Part shown: piece after piece, positions 37,801-51,818 of the stretch
Position numbering within the stretch: the first letter of the stretch is position 1
Layout of the letters: every line of letters starts with the position of its first letter
Notes under the pieces: generated by a model
Told to the model about the DNA's origin: nothing
Database searches by the model: none
The model's input: only the letters and a program-made list of their open reading frames with translations
Origin: Octopus sinensis
Lineage: Eukaryota
Direction: 5' to 3'
Assembly (NCBI RefSeq): GCF_006345805.1
Contig: NC_043013.1
Location: 23,126,001-23,190,000, forward strand
DNA length: 64,000 bases
Position numbers and translations under genes: made by a program

Positions 37801-39113
37801 TTGAGGGAGCTTTGCTGCTGTTTTTAACATATCAAGCGACCACGTTGATTCTCTTCGCATCAGTTCTTTGATTTGATGTTTGGCCTTGCTCGAGCAGATT
37901 TCTGACGAAAGGTGTTCCAGTCATGATAATTCTCTGTTTTCTTTATTATGTAAGTCATCCTAGGGTTATATTATCCAATGTTTCTTTTTTTATTTTATGA
38001 AAGCCCGAAGATTTAGCTGGTATTTCTAGCAAGTCGAATGAACTCGTAGGGCTACCTTTGTTGGTTTGTAGTTCTTTGTTATGGTGACAAAGTAGTGGTC
38101 GATTGGTACAAATCGGTGAATTATTTTCGTAAAGATCATCAGTGGATTTAAATTGACAGAAGTGTGAACTAATGGACAGTCAGGTCACTTTAAAAAAAAA
38201 AAAACAAAACAAAAAAATTAGTTATGACTTCAGAGAAAGAAGGTCAATGCCGTGACCTTTTGGCGAGTCTCCGGAAGCCCGAAAGCATGCAACAGTGGAG
38301 TCCGCTAATGGCACTCACCCTCGGGCCAGGTGGTTGTGGGCTTAAATGGAGTCACAGGTGACGTCCAGATACATTCATAATAAATATATATAAAACAATA
38401 TAATGCTCACATAGCTTACAGTAATAAACTCCCCGTATTTCATCACTTTTCCTGGATCCACAAACACCAAACTATCAGCTCTTTCTTCCTTTTGCATCCG
38501 TCTTTAAAACCTATCGAACCAACATGAAATCTCTAGGTGGTGTCTCGACTTGCTAGAAACTGCAGCTGAAATTATCTTTAAATTTTATTAGAAAAGAAAT
38601 ACACATTGGATATTGTAGTCCTAGGTGTACTGTGCTGTTGATCATAGGTCTGCTGAATTAAGGCCGACTTGGTCTCTCATTGTGTTTACACACAGTTAAG
38701 GAATCACCATATTTCAGTGTTATACAACAATTGTTTGTTGTCTTTTGTTCCCAAGACAAATCTTTCTGTCTGCCTGCCATTTATTTCCCTGTCTCTTTCT
38801 TGTTCCATAAACATGGTAACATCGTACTTCACTCTGCTTTGTTTTCGTTAGAGTGATGTGGAGGAAAAGTATTTTTCTTATTCTTGCCACATTATTTAAG
38901 ACTGCCATAAAGGATGGCGAAGTCTCTTTGTAATAATAATAGCACCACTTCAATATCATGTCAAGAGTTTCCATTCTCGATCGGAAATCATTTCATTTCT
39001 TTCAACATTGCTAATGTTTCGTAATGAAATAATTGCCCGTCTCTTATTGTTATTTCCTGTTGAAAAGATTGAGACGATGTTTAAATACAAGTAGTGTCGA
39101 GGGTGGGTGGATG

Positions 39114-39870
39114 TCAGGAATCGTGACCATGGTGACCCTGTTGTGTCTCAATTGGGTCATCAATGTTGCTCTGACTGTGATGAAATGTATGGACATGTGT
39201 CCGGTACTTCGCCTGGTTTCCTTTGGGTCTAAAAAAAATTAATATTATTGTATTTTGTAGCAGATGTAAACAATTCTTTTTCTCTGTCGTTTCAAATCTG
39301 AAATGTCCGGCTAATTGAGATTCAGTTTTTAAATTAACACATCGACATTCGTTGATTTTTCCCCCCACCCCTATTCGGGGTAAATCAGGGTAGACTTATA
39401 TAGAATGTTTTTAAATTTGCTCCGAGGAATCTAAAACGTTCGAACGGTCAACATTTTAAATAGGATTCTTCTGAGGAGAAATCTCAGAGTATTTATTTAA
39501 TTTTATTGAACCATGTTTATTACTATATTATAATAAATAGATTCAAACTTCCAATCCAAATGGTCTGGAATGGTGAAGTATCTGACCAATATTTTAGTTT
39601 TGTTTTGAGCACAATTTCCACTAGAGTTGACTCTGCCATTCGTTCTTCCAAAGTTGCCAAAATTAGTCCCTGTTCAATCAACTACATTTTACCTCTATTA
39701 AAAATTATAATCTTGTATGAAATATTTATATCTGATCTTCCCTTCCCGTTTTTAACTGAGACGTAAACGAATCGATATAAGAGAAATTCTTACGCCAGGT
39801 ACACAAGACCCTTGACACTGGTGAGTATTTCAAAGACATTATTGGTAGAGAACTGATCATCCAGTTGGTC
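39114..39870 (-). other. Candidate terminal exons of an unidentified minus-strand gene (39794-39870, 39524/39587-39669, ending 39228)
   Basis: Canonical acceptors and donors, exon-like composition and phase-compatible joins. No protein family recognised. Confidence 0.35.
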
Positions 39871-40526
39871 CTACAAAAAGAAGCTTTTACCTACAGATTA
39901 TTTGAATATCGGACGTTTAATATTCTGAATAAAATTGTTTCTGTTAACGTTAAACATTTTTCAATATTTCACAGGTAAATACCTGCAAAATGTTACATTT
40001 TAGCTCTTAAAAAAACAACAACAAACTCAAGCAAAATAATTTCAGTTTAATTTATAGTTTTTCCTATTGATTATAATTGGCTATCGTAACAATAACGATG
40101 ATTGATGACTGTGTTTTTGCACCAGAAGTGATTGAGTTGGTATCGATAGGTTACAAGATTGATTAGCACGTCTTCTATTTGTGTTCTTCCACTGTTTTGG
40201 AGGTGATTTTTTATTATAAGTCTCCGAGACAGACGGGCACGTGTTGGTGTGATCACTGAGTGAATCATAGTATTATTTTTCTGTTTCTTATTACAACAAC
40301 AATTATATGTTCTGGTTGCCGAGAAATACCCGATTATAATGGATTAATGCATCTTGCTTCAAGACAATAACATAAATCACAGCTCTGTTGCTTGTTAAAA
40401 AAAAAAAGAAAGAAAGATCTATCGGATTTTCGGGACAAGCTTTCAATCACAATAAAGATTATTACATAATGAATGTAAAGAGGAAATGTGAAAGCATACC
40501 ATAGCATATTATTTTCAAATTATTGA

Positions 40527-40563
<37 letters not shown>

Positions 40564-41445
40564 ACCACCACGACCTAAAGCAATGGATCCATCCTGTTAT
40601 ATACTCATCTTTGAGGTATGTTTTCCTACTTCTTTTAAAAACTATATGAATCATCTTTATCCTGTCTAGAAAATTCTATAAATCATTTTGCCACAGTTAC
40701 TATATATTTCACATGCGTATAATTATTATCAATAGGTCTATATATATCTGTGTTTGTGTGTGAGAGAGAAAGAAATATATTCCGTTAGTTGTAAGTTCGT
40801 GTAAGCTTTGTCTGTCCTACGTCTGCTTCGGGATGTTCGATATTTGAAGACACTTGAAGAATCGATTGACATACTTAGAGCAATCATACATATTGGATGA
40901 AGTGTGACTGGATGTATTTATGTGTTCAAAGAGATATGGGTACATATGTGTGTCTCTGGCAGGTTTTCAGCCTTTTTGTTGTTCAGATAAAACTGCCTTC
41001 GACAGGCAGCTGTGGCGATCTTGTTGGTTGTTGTTGAACCCCAAGTGTTCCCCGATCTAGTACTCCACTTGTGACCACCCTGTCTTTTCCGAGGGAACCT
41101 CCTTTATAAGACGGTAGGATGTGATTTGTGGGAGAACTTTCTAGCAAGTTGTCCGACTATGTAGAGACTCGCTCATTGTATGACAATTTTCTGGTATTGA
41201 TCATGAGGAACAGCTAATTTTAGGAGAGAAAATGTTGATAGTTCGCTTTTTGTTTGTTTTCTAGTTCAGCCTTTGCCGTCTCTCTTCTTCAAACACCTTG
41301 TTTACTTTATTCCATAATCTTCCTTCCTCTCACGTTTCTTTCCTTTATTTCAGACCCTGCCAGACATTTCCCCCCACACTCACTCTGTCTCTTCCTACCC
41401 TAACCGAATCTTCCCAGCTGCTCATCCCATCCCTCACTCTACACA

Positions 41446-41513
<68 letters not shown>

Positions 41514-42041
41514 AACCAGGTCATTAGGTTGAGTTGACGAACTTTCTCCTCCCTCATTGCGCGCACACACACACGTCTCCTCTTTTATGTTAATCACAGT
41601 CTGACGGAGAGAAACACGAAGATGAAAACGGAAGGGGCCCGGGGTGGTGCATTTTATGTGGTCGATCGACCCCGGTTGTTTGGGCACATGTCAACCATGA
41701 CCAAGCAGACTTTCGGGAAACCGATGGGCGAACGAACGACCAAGTGCTACTCACTGAAGAATCTAAAATATAAACATTAGACCGGCCTTCCAGACATGAC
41801 TGTCTCTTTTTTTCCCTTCGTGTTTGGCGTATCTAGGGTTGTAACTTTTTTTTTGAAGTTGTAGATTTAATTTGGCAATCCTTCGTTATTGGTACACGAT
41901 GTCATTAACTCACACAACATTCCCTCGTGACATAGATAAAGAGGCTAAACTGGAATTTATCTATCTCTCTATCTGTCTCTATCTGTCTGTCTGTCTATAT
42001 CTATCTGGCTGTCTATCTATATCTGTCTGTCTGTCTATCTA

Positions 42042-42073
<32 letters not shown>

Positions 42074-42299
42074 TATATATATATATATCTCAAACGATCT
42101 GACTAAAATATACTGATGAGTCTCGAAAACTATAATTATTCTATTGCTGTTCGCATTGTTATTCTAACGGCTCGAGAAGTTAACCCACAATGCGAAATGT
42201 ACCCTTAGCATAGACACACATGCATGCATGTGTGTGTCCGTCCCCCTCAAACTCATTATTATTATCTTGTGAAGTAAAGGCAGTGATTCATACTGCCAT

Positions 42300-42490
42300 T
42301 ACTTCACGCATAAACGGTAGAATGCCGGATTAAATATCTCGCAATATTCAGTCCCGTCTATCTTCGTCCCGAGTTCAAATACCGTCGGGCTACACTTTAT
42401 CTCTGTGTCCAGCAACAAACTGAGATCGGTTGAACAGAATATATATATCCCACGTATAAAACTTGGCTTTGTGTCCCCTCCATCCAAATC
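42300..42490 (-). mobile_element. Degenerate family-C-like SINE
   Basis: Reverse complement shows gatttgaactcggg-type B box and a gtccc/ccaagttt body similar to family C. Other decayed copies at about 4590-4720 and 9340-9560. Confidence 0.55.
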
Positions 42491-43007
42491 TGTAACCCCA
42501 GTTTCAGTTCCCTTTCTCAGTTACCACATTTAATTCAACGTTGATAGTTGCCCATGGAAAATACATGAACGTCATACAATTTCATTTTCTGTTTTTGATA
42601 ATTCCATTGTTTCTCGGAAAGTGTTGTGATGATTTGAGACCGGTTAGAGAGTTGTCCCCGACTAGAAATAATTATTTATAGTACTGATTGTTTTTTGTTT
42701 TTTTTTTTAGTTCAAATCTCGTCTTGATCATTTTTGCTTTTTTTTTTTCAGTCACAATGATTACTAATATGATATTAGAACAGGTTTTCTCTTTATTCTC
42801 ATATTTTTAGTATTATTTACTCAGTGTGTGTATTCTTGTGTTTACGATAACATTTTATTCTGGTTTTGTGCGCTTTTTCTGTTAGCTCTTGGAATCACTA
42901 GGGATTTCTTCCAAACTCTCACTCAATCATGGGTTATTTTCTATCTGAGGGGCATACATCGATTAGCGAACACATCTTGTTTTTTATTACTTCTTTATGT
43001 TAATATA

Positions 43008-43330
43008 CAATGAAACCTCGGTTTACGAATCCCCCTCATCACAAACAAATCGGTTTACGAACAATTTTCCCAACAAAACATCTCCGGTGACTAACAGTGC
43101 CTCAAATAACAAATAACAAACAACGGCCCCAATTGTTGGCCACTTGCTAGGAATATTCAAACGGGAGAGCGTCAGTCGCAATCTTACTTTCGTTCAGGGC
43201 ACACCCCTGCTCGTATTCACCGTGTCTTACCTTCAGTTTTCTTTGGGGAAAAATAGTTTCAATTTACGAACATTTCGAATGATGAATGGCCTTGAGGAAC
43301 GAATTAAATTCATAAACCGAAATTCCTTTG
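43008..43330. mobile_element. Tigger/pogo-like MITE
   Basis: TA|caatgaaacctcggtttacgaa ... ttcataaaccgaaattcctttg|TA: imperfect 22-bp TIR with TA TSD. Confidence 0.75.
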
Positions 43331-43589
43331 TAATTATCAGGTATAACCTTGTTATGATTATTCCCCACTGCCACCACATATGTGTGTGTGTGTGTGTTTA
43401 TATATGTAGGCATTCACCATTGCCATTTCCCCTTGATGTCATTTGCTATGCAACCTCTTCTCTCCTTCTGGTTAGCCTGAAACCCCCATCTCCCTTTTCA
43501 ATCCCTTCTCTCTCTTCTTGCAGGCTTTGTGGCATTGAGGGAAGTTGTAATTCATTGAATAGTAATTGTTTAAATTAGTTGGATATGTA

Positions 43590-45720
43590 CAAGAGTCCTT
43601 CACCAGCTGAGACAAGTGTTGCACAAATCTTCTACACCCCCCCCCCTCTTCCTGTTGGAGTTGGCAGAGAAATGGGAGTCAGAGTGTGTGATAGGATAGT
43701 TAAGTTGAGACAAGTATTGGATAAAAACAACAGTGACATTTGACTCTTGTCTTTGCTCCTCAATCTGGGCTGTCAACGGAAGGACCAGTTTTATGAAATC
43801 CTTTTGCAGATTTCTTTGAAGACAAATGATAATGACCTTATTGTTGTGGCTGGTGACTTCAACAGATATGTTGGGTAGAACTCCAACAAGGGTTCTAATT
43901 GCAAAGTCCCAGACCTAATCTGTGGCTAGTGCAAGGTCCTGGCCAGAAAGAAGGTGAACAGTAAGGTAGATAGAGCTAAAAAATTGAGAAGATTGTAAAA
44001 TAAGGCAGCAGAGAATTATTCCAAGTAGCTAGAAGCTAATTGGCAGGTGTAAAGAGAAAAAGGCAGGAATTAGATTTGCCAATGCTTTACAGCATGAGGT
44101 TCAAAGAAGTACTGTCAATGCTGTCTTCTTAGTGTTTCAATGCAGGAGAAGCATTTAGCCAAAAGCAAACTGCTCCAACTGGTAATTGTTGACATGGAGA
44201 AAACCTTTAATGGGATCCCTTACTCTCTCATCTGGTGGTTGCTGCAGAAGCTATGGGTAGGCAAATGGCTTGAGAGTCAGTCAAGGCCTGCACGAGGACA
44301 CTGTCTATAAGGTGAGTACAGCAGCAAATCTTGTGTACAAGCAGGAATTCAACTGGACTTGGTTCTCCATCTTCTCCTACTTATTATGCTCCTCCAGGCT
44401 ATAACAACAGAATTTAAGACTGGTTGCCCTTGGGAACTACTATATGCTGATGACCTTGTTCTTATAGCAAAATCCGTAGTAAAATTAGAAAAGAAATTGC
44501 AGGTGTGGAAGCTAAACCTGGAATCAAAGAACCTTAAAGTTAACTTAATAAAAACCAAAGTTCTAGTAGGAAGGAAAACAGACAGGATTTTACTCTTTTC
44601 AGAAAACTGGCCTTGCTTGATCTGTAGGAATGGTGTAGGTAGAAATTCTTTATGGTGTACCCAGTGCAAGCTATGAACACATAGGGAGATGTAGTGAAAT
44701 AATGGGAAGTTTAAGAGGGAAAGTAAACTTTGGATGTGGCACAAGAGAAATGGACTCCAGATTCTTTCTGATGCCAAAGAGTTTCCTAGATATTGTAGAT
44801 AGTTTCTGTAACTTAGGTGCCCTAATTAGCAATAGAGGTAGATGTTCTGAAAGTGGTGGAAGCACTCCATCGGTTACGACGACGAGGGTTCCAGTTGATC
44901 CGAATCAACGGAACAGCCTGCTCGTGAAATTAACGTGTAAGTGGCTGAGCACTCCACAGACACGTGTACCCTTAACGTAGTTCTCGGAGATATTCAGCGT
45001 GACACAGAGAGTAACAAGGCTGGCCCTTTGAAATACAGGTACAACAGAAACAGGAAGTAAGAGTGAGAGAAAGTTGTGGTGAAAGAGTACAGCAGGGATC
45101 ACCACCATCCCCTGCCGGAGCCTCGTGGAGCTTTAGGTGTTTTCGCTCAATAAACACTCACAATGCCCGGTCTGGGAATCGAAACTGCGATCCTATGACC
45201 GCGAGTCCGCTGCCCTAACCACTGGGCCATTGCGCCTCCTCTGTTCTGAAAGTATAGTTACTGGAATAAGAAAAGGACTGAAAAAGTTCAAGGAGTTATT
45301 ACATCTGTTGGTAACAAAAGATCTTTCCTTTATAGTGAAAGGCAGATTGTACAAAGCTTGTGTATGAACATTCAGGTCACCTTGTAGTGGGAGATGGGCT
45401 CTGAATGCAGAGGACCTGTGAAACCTTGGAAGGAATGAAAAGAATATGATGCAGTGGTTGTGTAACACCAATGTGCATGTATGACGAAGTGCCTGTGCTG
45501 AGAGGGAAGAAAAAAAAAAACAGGCATAAGATGTGTGTGCAAGAGAGAAGTCTGTTCTAGTCATATGTAAGAATGAGGACAGCTGCATGCAGAAGTGCCA
45601 GTTGCGTAAAGTGGTTGGAACTTGTAGAAGAGAGAGTCTGAGGAAGACATGGGATGAAGTAGTGGAGGCTGGGCTGAAGGTATTGGGCCTCATGGCGGAG
45701 ATGACGAGGCCAAGATGATT
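43590..45720 (+). mobile_element. Internally deleted RTE LINE (endonuclease end, RT, 3' ORF) interrupted by a SINE
   Basis: KDQFYEILL..IVVAGDFN, TEFKTGCPWELLYADDLVLIA (YADD), and VKGRLYKACV..LRKTWDEVV. Confidence 0.88.
44855..45241 (-). mobile_element. Family-B tRNA SINE inserted into the RTE
   Basis: 12-bp TSD tgttctgaaagt at 44843-44854 and 45242-45253; near-identical to 7141-7516. Confidence 0.9.
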
Positions 45721-47512
45721 GGCATAATTTTTGCTGAGGTCCTAAAAATATTATGTTTTAGTCTATTCAGTTACTGTACCCTGTCCCTGCACCCAATCTG
45801 CTTCTGTAAGGTTTTCCCTACCTCATCTTCCTAACACCCGTCACTCCATCACTCTTCCAACAGTGGCATTATTTAGCTGTTGTAATCACATGACAGTGGA
45901 ATCTGCTCATATTCCATTCGCTTTGTGCTGCTGGTTACATCCCCATCTTCATGGAATCATTTCCTTTAACATCAATTTCTCTTTCTCATTGACATCCCTG
46001 CTTGCTTCATTTGCTGTGCTTCGAGTCATCCCTGGTTCTCCTTTGAGCTACATCTTAGGATTGCAGTAACAACCCCTCTCATCTGCTATCATTTGTTGGG
46101 AGTGATAGCAGATATCAGAGGGTGTTAAACATGTATATATCTGCCATTAATGGTTTCATCCCACCTTTGTTGCCCATCACTCTCTAGCTCTCGATCTCTC
46201 TCTGCTCTCCACTGTGCACATCACCTTCCTGTGCTGCCACCTACTGCATCCTCCTTCCTCAGCTATTTCTTTCACTGTCCTTCCAGCCAGATATTTACCA
46301 TCGACCATACCTCTACTCCTTGTACACCATTCACTGCGTTTACCTCTACACTCATCTCTAACCATCTGTCAATCTCCTCTCACCTCTTCTATAAACCTAC
46401 CCGCCCACCCTTCCTATTCTTTCTTGTACCTTGAGAACATATGCTCTGACTCTAAGCTACCCCCCGCCCAGTTGAGGAAGCTTCTTCCTTTTTTTCTTTG
46501 TCTTCTAAGTTACTTGGCAACCTCACTTGTGCAAGTCTCACAGAAAAATATGTCACACAAATTAGTGTCCATTATTTTCAATCTTCTTTGAAAAAAGCGT
46601 CTCATTTTTCTTGGAAACAGGTGAAGGTTGGTGGCAGGAAAGGCATCTGGCTGTAGAACATCAGCTTCAATGGATTCCATCTGACAAAATGCAAGCATGG
46701 GAAAGTGAACATTACAAACAATGGTGATGATATATTTGTGTGTGTGTGTAACTAGATAATTGGTCTTCTGTGGTTATGATGATGATGATGGTTCCAGTTG
46801 ATTGAATCAACCAAACAGCTTGCTTGCAAAATTAACATGCAAGTGGATGAGCACTCCATAGACACGTGTACCCGTAACTTAGTTCTCAGAGAGATTCAGC
46901 ATATATCACAGAGTGTGATGAGGCTGGCCCTTTGAAATACAGGGACAACTCATTTTTGTTGGCTGAGTGGACTGGAGCAATAAAGTGAAATGAAGTGTCT
47001 TACTCAAGGACACAATGCACCCCTGGGAATTGCATTTATGACCTTATGATCAATAAGCTGGTTACGCTAACCACTTATTATTTGAACTCGGCACACAGTC
47101 CTCTGTCTTGTTGATTCCTGTGAAAGTGGCCAAGACAGAGATCAGACGTTAAATCACAATTATTATAATGCATGTGTTTGTGTGTCTTGCCTGTATATGC
47201 ATACATCTGCATAAATGTATATATTTTCATAAACGTCTGTATATGTATATGTTCATGTGTGTGTGTGTGTCTGTGTGCTATGTATGCTTACATTTTTTTG
47301 AAAGTCTTGGTTTTGTTGGCACCTATGTAGAGTTAGGGATCACTCACATAAAAAGCAGGGGCATTTTGTTGTAACACAGTGCCATCACCACATATTTGTT
47401 TATTCTAGGCTAGTATGGGAAAACGGATGTAAAAAAGCTGAAAAATATACATACATGAGCAGCTGTGTGTGTGTGTGATACATTTGTTCATTTTAATGTC
47501 CATACTGACTTA

Positions 47513-47906
47513 GTCAAATGACTGAAACAAGTAAAAGAGTGTGGCCATGCTGGAGCACTGCCTCTAGTCGAGCAAATCGACCCCGGGACTTATTCTTTGT
47601 AAGCCCAGTACTTATTCTATCGGTCTCTTTTGCTGAACCGCTAAGTGACGGGGACGTAAACACACCAGCATCGGTTGTCATAATGCTAGGGGGACAAACA
47701 CAGACACACAAGCATACACACACACACATACATATACATATATACAACAGGCTTCTTTCAGTTTCCGTCTACCAAATCCACTCACAAGGCATTGGTCAGC
47801 TCGGGGCTATAGCAGAAGACACTTGCCCAAGATGCCACGCATTGGGACTGAACCCAGAACCATGTTGTTAGTTAGCAAGCTACTTACCACACAGCCACTC
47901 CTGCGC
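47513..47906 (-). mobile_element. tRNA-derived SINE (family D) with internal (TA/TG)n
   Basis: Head gtggctgtgtggtaagtagcttgct..gggttcagtccca and tail gactgaaacaagtaaaag. Copies at 55088-55432(-), 56300-56580(+), 20940-21105(+), 48470-48610(+) and 3362-3450(-). Confidence 0.85.
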
Positions 47907-48624
47907 CTTGGGTGAAACAAATATATTTTTGAGGCGTTGTTTCAGTCTGATGCCCTTCCTGTTAACCTGTTCTTTGAGTATAGGGTCTTTTGGGTTCTTT
48001 GAAAGCTCACAGCTTGCAGGTGATTTGTTGACTGGAGAAATGGCCGATAACCTGTAGCTTACAATATTCAGGGATTACAAATGTCAACAAATTTATAGAC
48101 ACACAAACATGTACATAACTCGCACTCCGTTGGTTACGATGGCGAGGGTTCCGGTTGATCCAATCAATGGAACAGCTGGCTTGCGAAATTAATGTGCAAG
48201 TGGCTGAGCACTCCACAGACACGCGTACCCATAACATAGTTCTCAGGGAAATTCAGCGTGACACAGAGTGTGGTATGGCTGGCTCTTAGAATTAGAAATT
48301 CAACCCATTTTCACTGGCTCGGTGAACTGGAGCAACATGTAATAAAGTGTCTTGCTCACAATTCGCTTCTGGGAATTGAACTCCTGAACTTGTGATTCTG
48401 AACCAATTACCCTAGCCACTAAGTCATGTGCCTTCACACATCTACATACATGTTTATAGACATATGTGCAGATGTGGCTGTGTGGTAAGGAATTTGTTTC
48501 CCAACCACATGGTTTCAGCCCCCCCCCCCACATAGAGTCTTGGACAACTGTCTTCTATAGCCTCAGGCCAACCAAAGCCTTGTGAGTGGATTTGGTAGAC
48601 AGAAACTGTGAGGAGCCTCATTGT

Positions 48625-50760
48625 TGTTCAACATCCACTTTCCATGCTGGCATGGGTTGGACTGTTTGACTGAGGGCTGGCAACCCTGAAGGCTGCACCA
48701 GGCTCCAATCCAATCTGGTAAAGTTTCTACAGCTGGATGCCCTTCCTAATGCCAACCATTCTGAGAGTGTAGTGGGTGCTTTTTACGTGCCACCGGCACA
48801 GGACCAGTCAAGTGGAATTGGCATCGACCACACTTGAGTGGTGCTTTTCATGTGCCACTCAGGTGGTACTGTCATAGGCTACAACAACTTCACTTGCCTC
48901 AACAAGTTTTCGCAAGTGCAGTTTGTACCCCAATGATTGAAGGGTACTTTTAAATGGGTTGGTTATGCTGCGCTGGCATAGGCCCCAGTTATGGTCTCAC
49001 TTGGCTTGTCGGGTCTTCTCGAGCACAGCCCCTCTCCAAAGGTCTCAGCCACTTGTCATCACCTCCGTGAGGCCCTACATTCAAAGGTCATGCTTTACCA
49101 CCTCATCCCAAGTCTTTCTGCATCTACCTCTTCCACAGGTTCCCCCTATTGCTAGGGTGTGACACTTTTTCACATGGCTGTCCTCATCCATATGCATCAC
49201 ATGACCATACCAGTGCAGTCATCTCTCTTGCACACCACATCTGATGCTTCTTAGGTCCAGCTTTTCTCTCAGGGTGCTTACACTCTGTCGTGTATGCACA
49301 TTGACATTACACATCCAGTAGAGCATACTAGCTTCATTCTTTGCAAGCTTACACATGTCCTTAGCAGTTTCACTGCTATGTAGCATGGCTGTTTGCACAC
49401 ATGCGTCATACAGTCTACCTTTCACTCTGAGCAAGAGGCCCTTTGTCACCATCAGAGGTAGGAGCTCTCTGAACTTTGCTCAGGCTATTCTTATTCTAGC
49501 AGCTACGCTCTCAGAGCATCCATCCCCGCTACTGATTTGGTCATGTAGGTAACAGAAGCGATCAAATACTTCCAGTTTTTCCGCTGGAGTGTGATGGAAT
49601 CTGTTTTCTGCACATTTTCAGTGTTTATTGCTCCTGAGCATTTGCCACACAGAAAACTGTCTTCCCAGTTAGCCTTCCCTTGATATTGCTGCACCTCTTA
49701 TGTGTCCATAGCTTACACCAGGTACATCTTATGGAAATTCTATCTACAGCTTTTCTACAGATTGAGCAGGGCCATTTACCTGAAGGATTTGTGATTTGTC
49801 TGCCTTCTTACTTAGTAAGACTTTGATTTTTGCTAGAGTGACTCTAAGGCCCTTTGATTCTAGACCTTGCTTCCACACCTTATACTTCTCTTCTAGTTCT
49901 GATAGTGACTCAGCTATTAGAGCAAAGTCATCAGCAAAGAGAAGCTCCCAGGGGCATCCTGTCTTGAATTCCTCTGTTATTGCCTGGAGGACTATGATGA
50001 ATAAGAGGATGCTGAGGACTGATCCTTAGTGGACCCCTACCTGGAATTCTTCACTGTACTCATCACCAACCCTCACCTTATTGACAGCATCCCTGTACAT
50101 GGCTTGTACAGCTCTTACTAACCACTCATCTATCCCTAGTTTCTGCATTGACCACCAAATAAGAGATCAGGGGACCCTGTCAAAGGCTTTCTCCATGTTA
50201 ACAAAAGCCAAGTACAGAGGCTTATCTTTGGCTATGTATTTCTCTTGCAGCTGTCTTACCAGAAATGTAGCATCAGTGGTGTTTTTCCCTGGCACAAACC
50301 CAAACTGCATCTCATCTAAACTAACTCTCTCCCTAATTAGTTGACTTTCATTACCTGATCCAACAACTTGTTACCTCTGTAATTATTCGTATCTAATGCA
50401 TCACCTTTACCTTTGTAGCAGCTGAGTATGGTGCTGCTACACCAGTCATTGGGTATGACTCCTTCATGTATCACCTGGTTAACTATACAGGTGACTAGAC
50501 TATAGCCGACACCACCAGATATTTTAAGCATCTCTGCAGTGATTCCTGATGGGCTGGGGTGCTTTCCTTGTCTTCGTACTCTTAATTGCTTTATCTACCA
50601 AGGTACTGTCAATTCGGACAGTTGGTCCCTCTACTGGGTCGACATTTGGCAGACTCTCTTTTTGCTATTCATTCTCTCATTTAGCAACCTTTCATTGTGG
50701 CGTCTCCAAGTCTCTCTCTTTGCAGCCTCATTAAATGCAAGTGAACCATCATACATGCGG
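48625..50760 (-). mobile_element. 5'-truncated RTE LINE of about 2.1 kb including 3' UTR
   Basis: AEMLKISGG..GVIPNDW, YLAFVNMEKAFDRVP, TGCPWELLFADDFALIA and VKGRLYDACV, running without a break into the common 3' UTR repeat. Confidence 0.92.
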
Positions 50761-51818
50761 ACACATTTCCATATCTATATGGACCAAAGTTTTGAAGATG
50801 AATGATTACGATGATGAGATATATATATATATATATGTGTGTATGTGTGTGTATATATATATAAAGTATACAGAAAGGAAAAAAAATAGAAGTTTAGACG
50901 TTGCTTTATTCCAAGTTGGTACATATATATCCAATAAAAACTCTTCAAGTTGTTTCCAATCCTAATTATTTCAAAACAAAATGAAATATAATCCTTTTGA
51001 AATCACAAATTAGATTGACACTTGTACCTCTTTGTTCCTCATATTTTATTCACCTGTTACAAAATCTGCCCTTCATAAATATTATGGACACTATATTTAA
51101 TATCAAGTACATGCCTGAATAGCTAAGAGGGTATTTCTTCTTTGGCTAGGTCTAATTGCCCAACTTTGATATTTACTTAATATTGTTGGGTGCGTATATT
51201 ATTCCGACCTAATGAGGTACCTCAATTTAAATTCAACTGAATCTTACTTGTATTTTATATATGTATAAAAGAGAGTTTGTGCGTGTGTGTGCATATGTTC
51301 CTTATGCATTTGAAAACTGAGTTGCCGATTTTGGCGTATGGTGTATCAAAAGATTCAGTAATCTTATGGCTACCAAATAAACTTCATTTTCATTTCCATA
51401 TTTTCTAAGATGTCTCAACAACCAGCTGTAGTTATTTGAAAGACACTGCTTTACAATGACCAGGTTCCATTAGAAAGTGAAAATAGTTTCACACTTTCAA
51501 TCTGAACCAAAAAGATGTAGGCATATGTATTTATGTATGTGCATATGAAAGATAATGTGTGTGTGTGTGAGAAAGAGAGAGCGATCGAGTGCCACTTAAA
51601 CATACATGCGAAACATACATGCATGACAACACACACCTCTCTCTCTCTCACATGCATGCACACGTCCATTTTATATACACATGCATATATCTTTCACTTT
51701 CTCCTCTCTTTCAATTTCTGCTCTCTTCAAAGCATAAAGAAATTTTTTAAAAATTACGGAAATTAATGAACAAACGTATGATCCCATATATATTGTGAGC
51801 GTATGTGTTCATATGTAA

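Noticed and set aside
42113-42130. CTGATGAGtctcGAAA hammerhead-ribozyme-like core
   Set aside because: Stem II would be a single base pair, and I found no convincing stems I/III or cleavage triplet.
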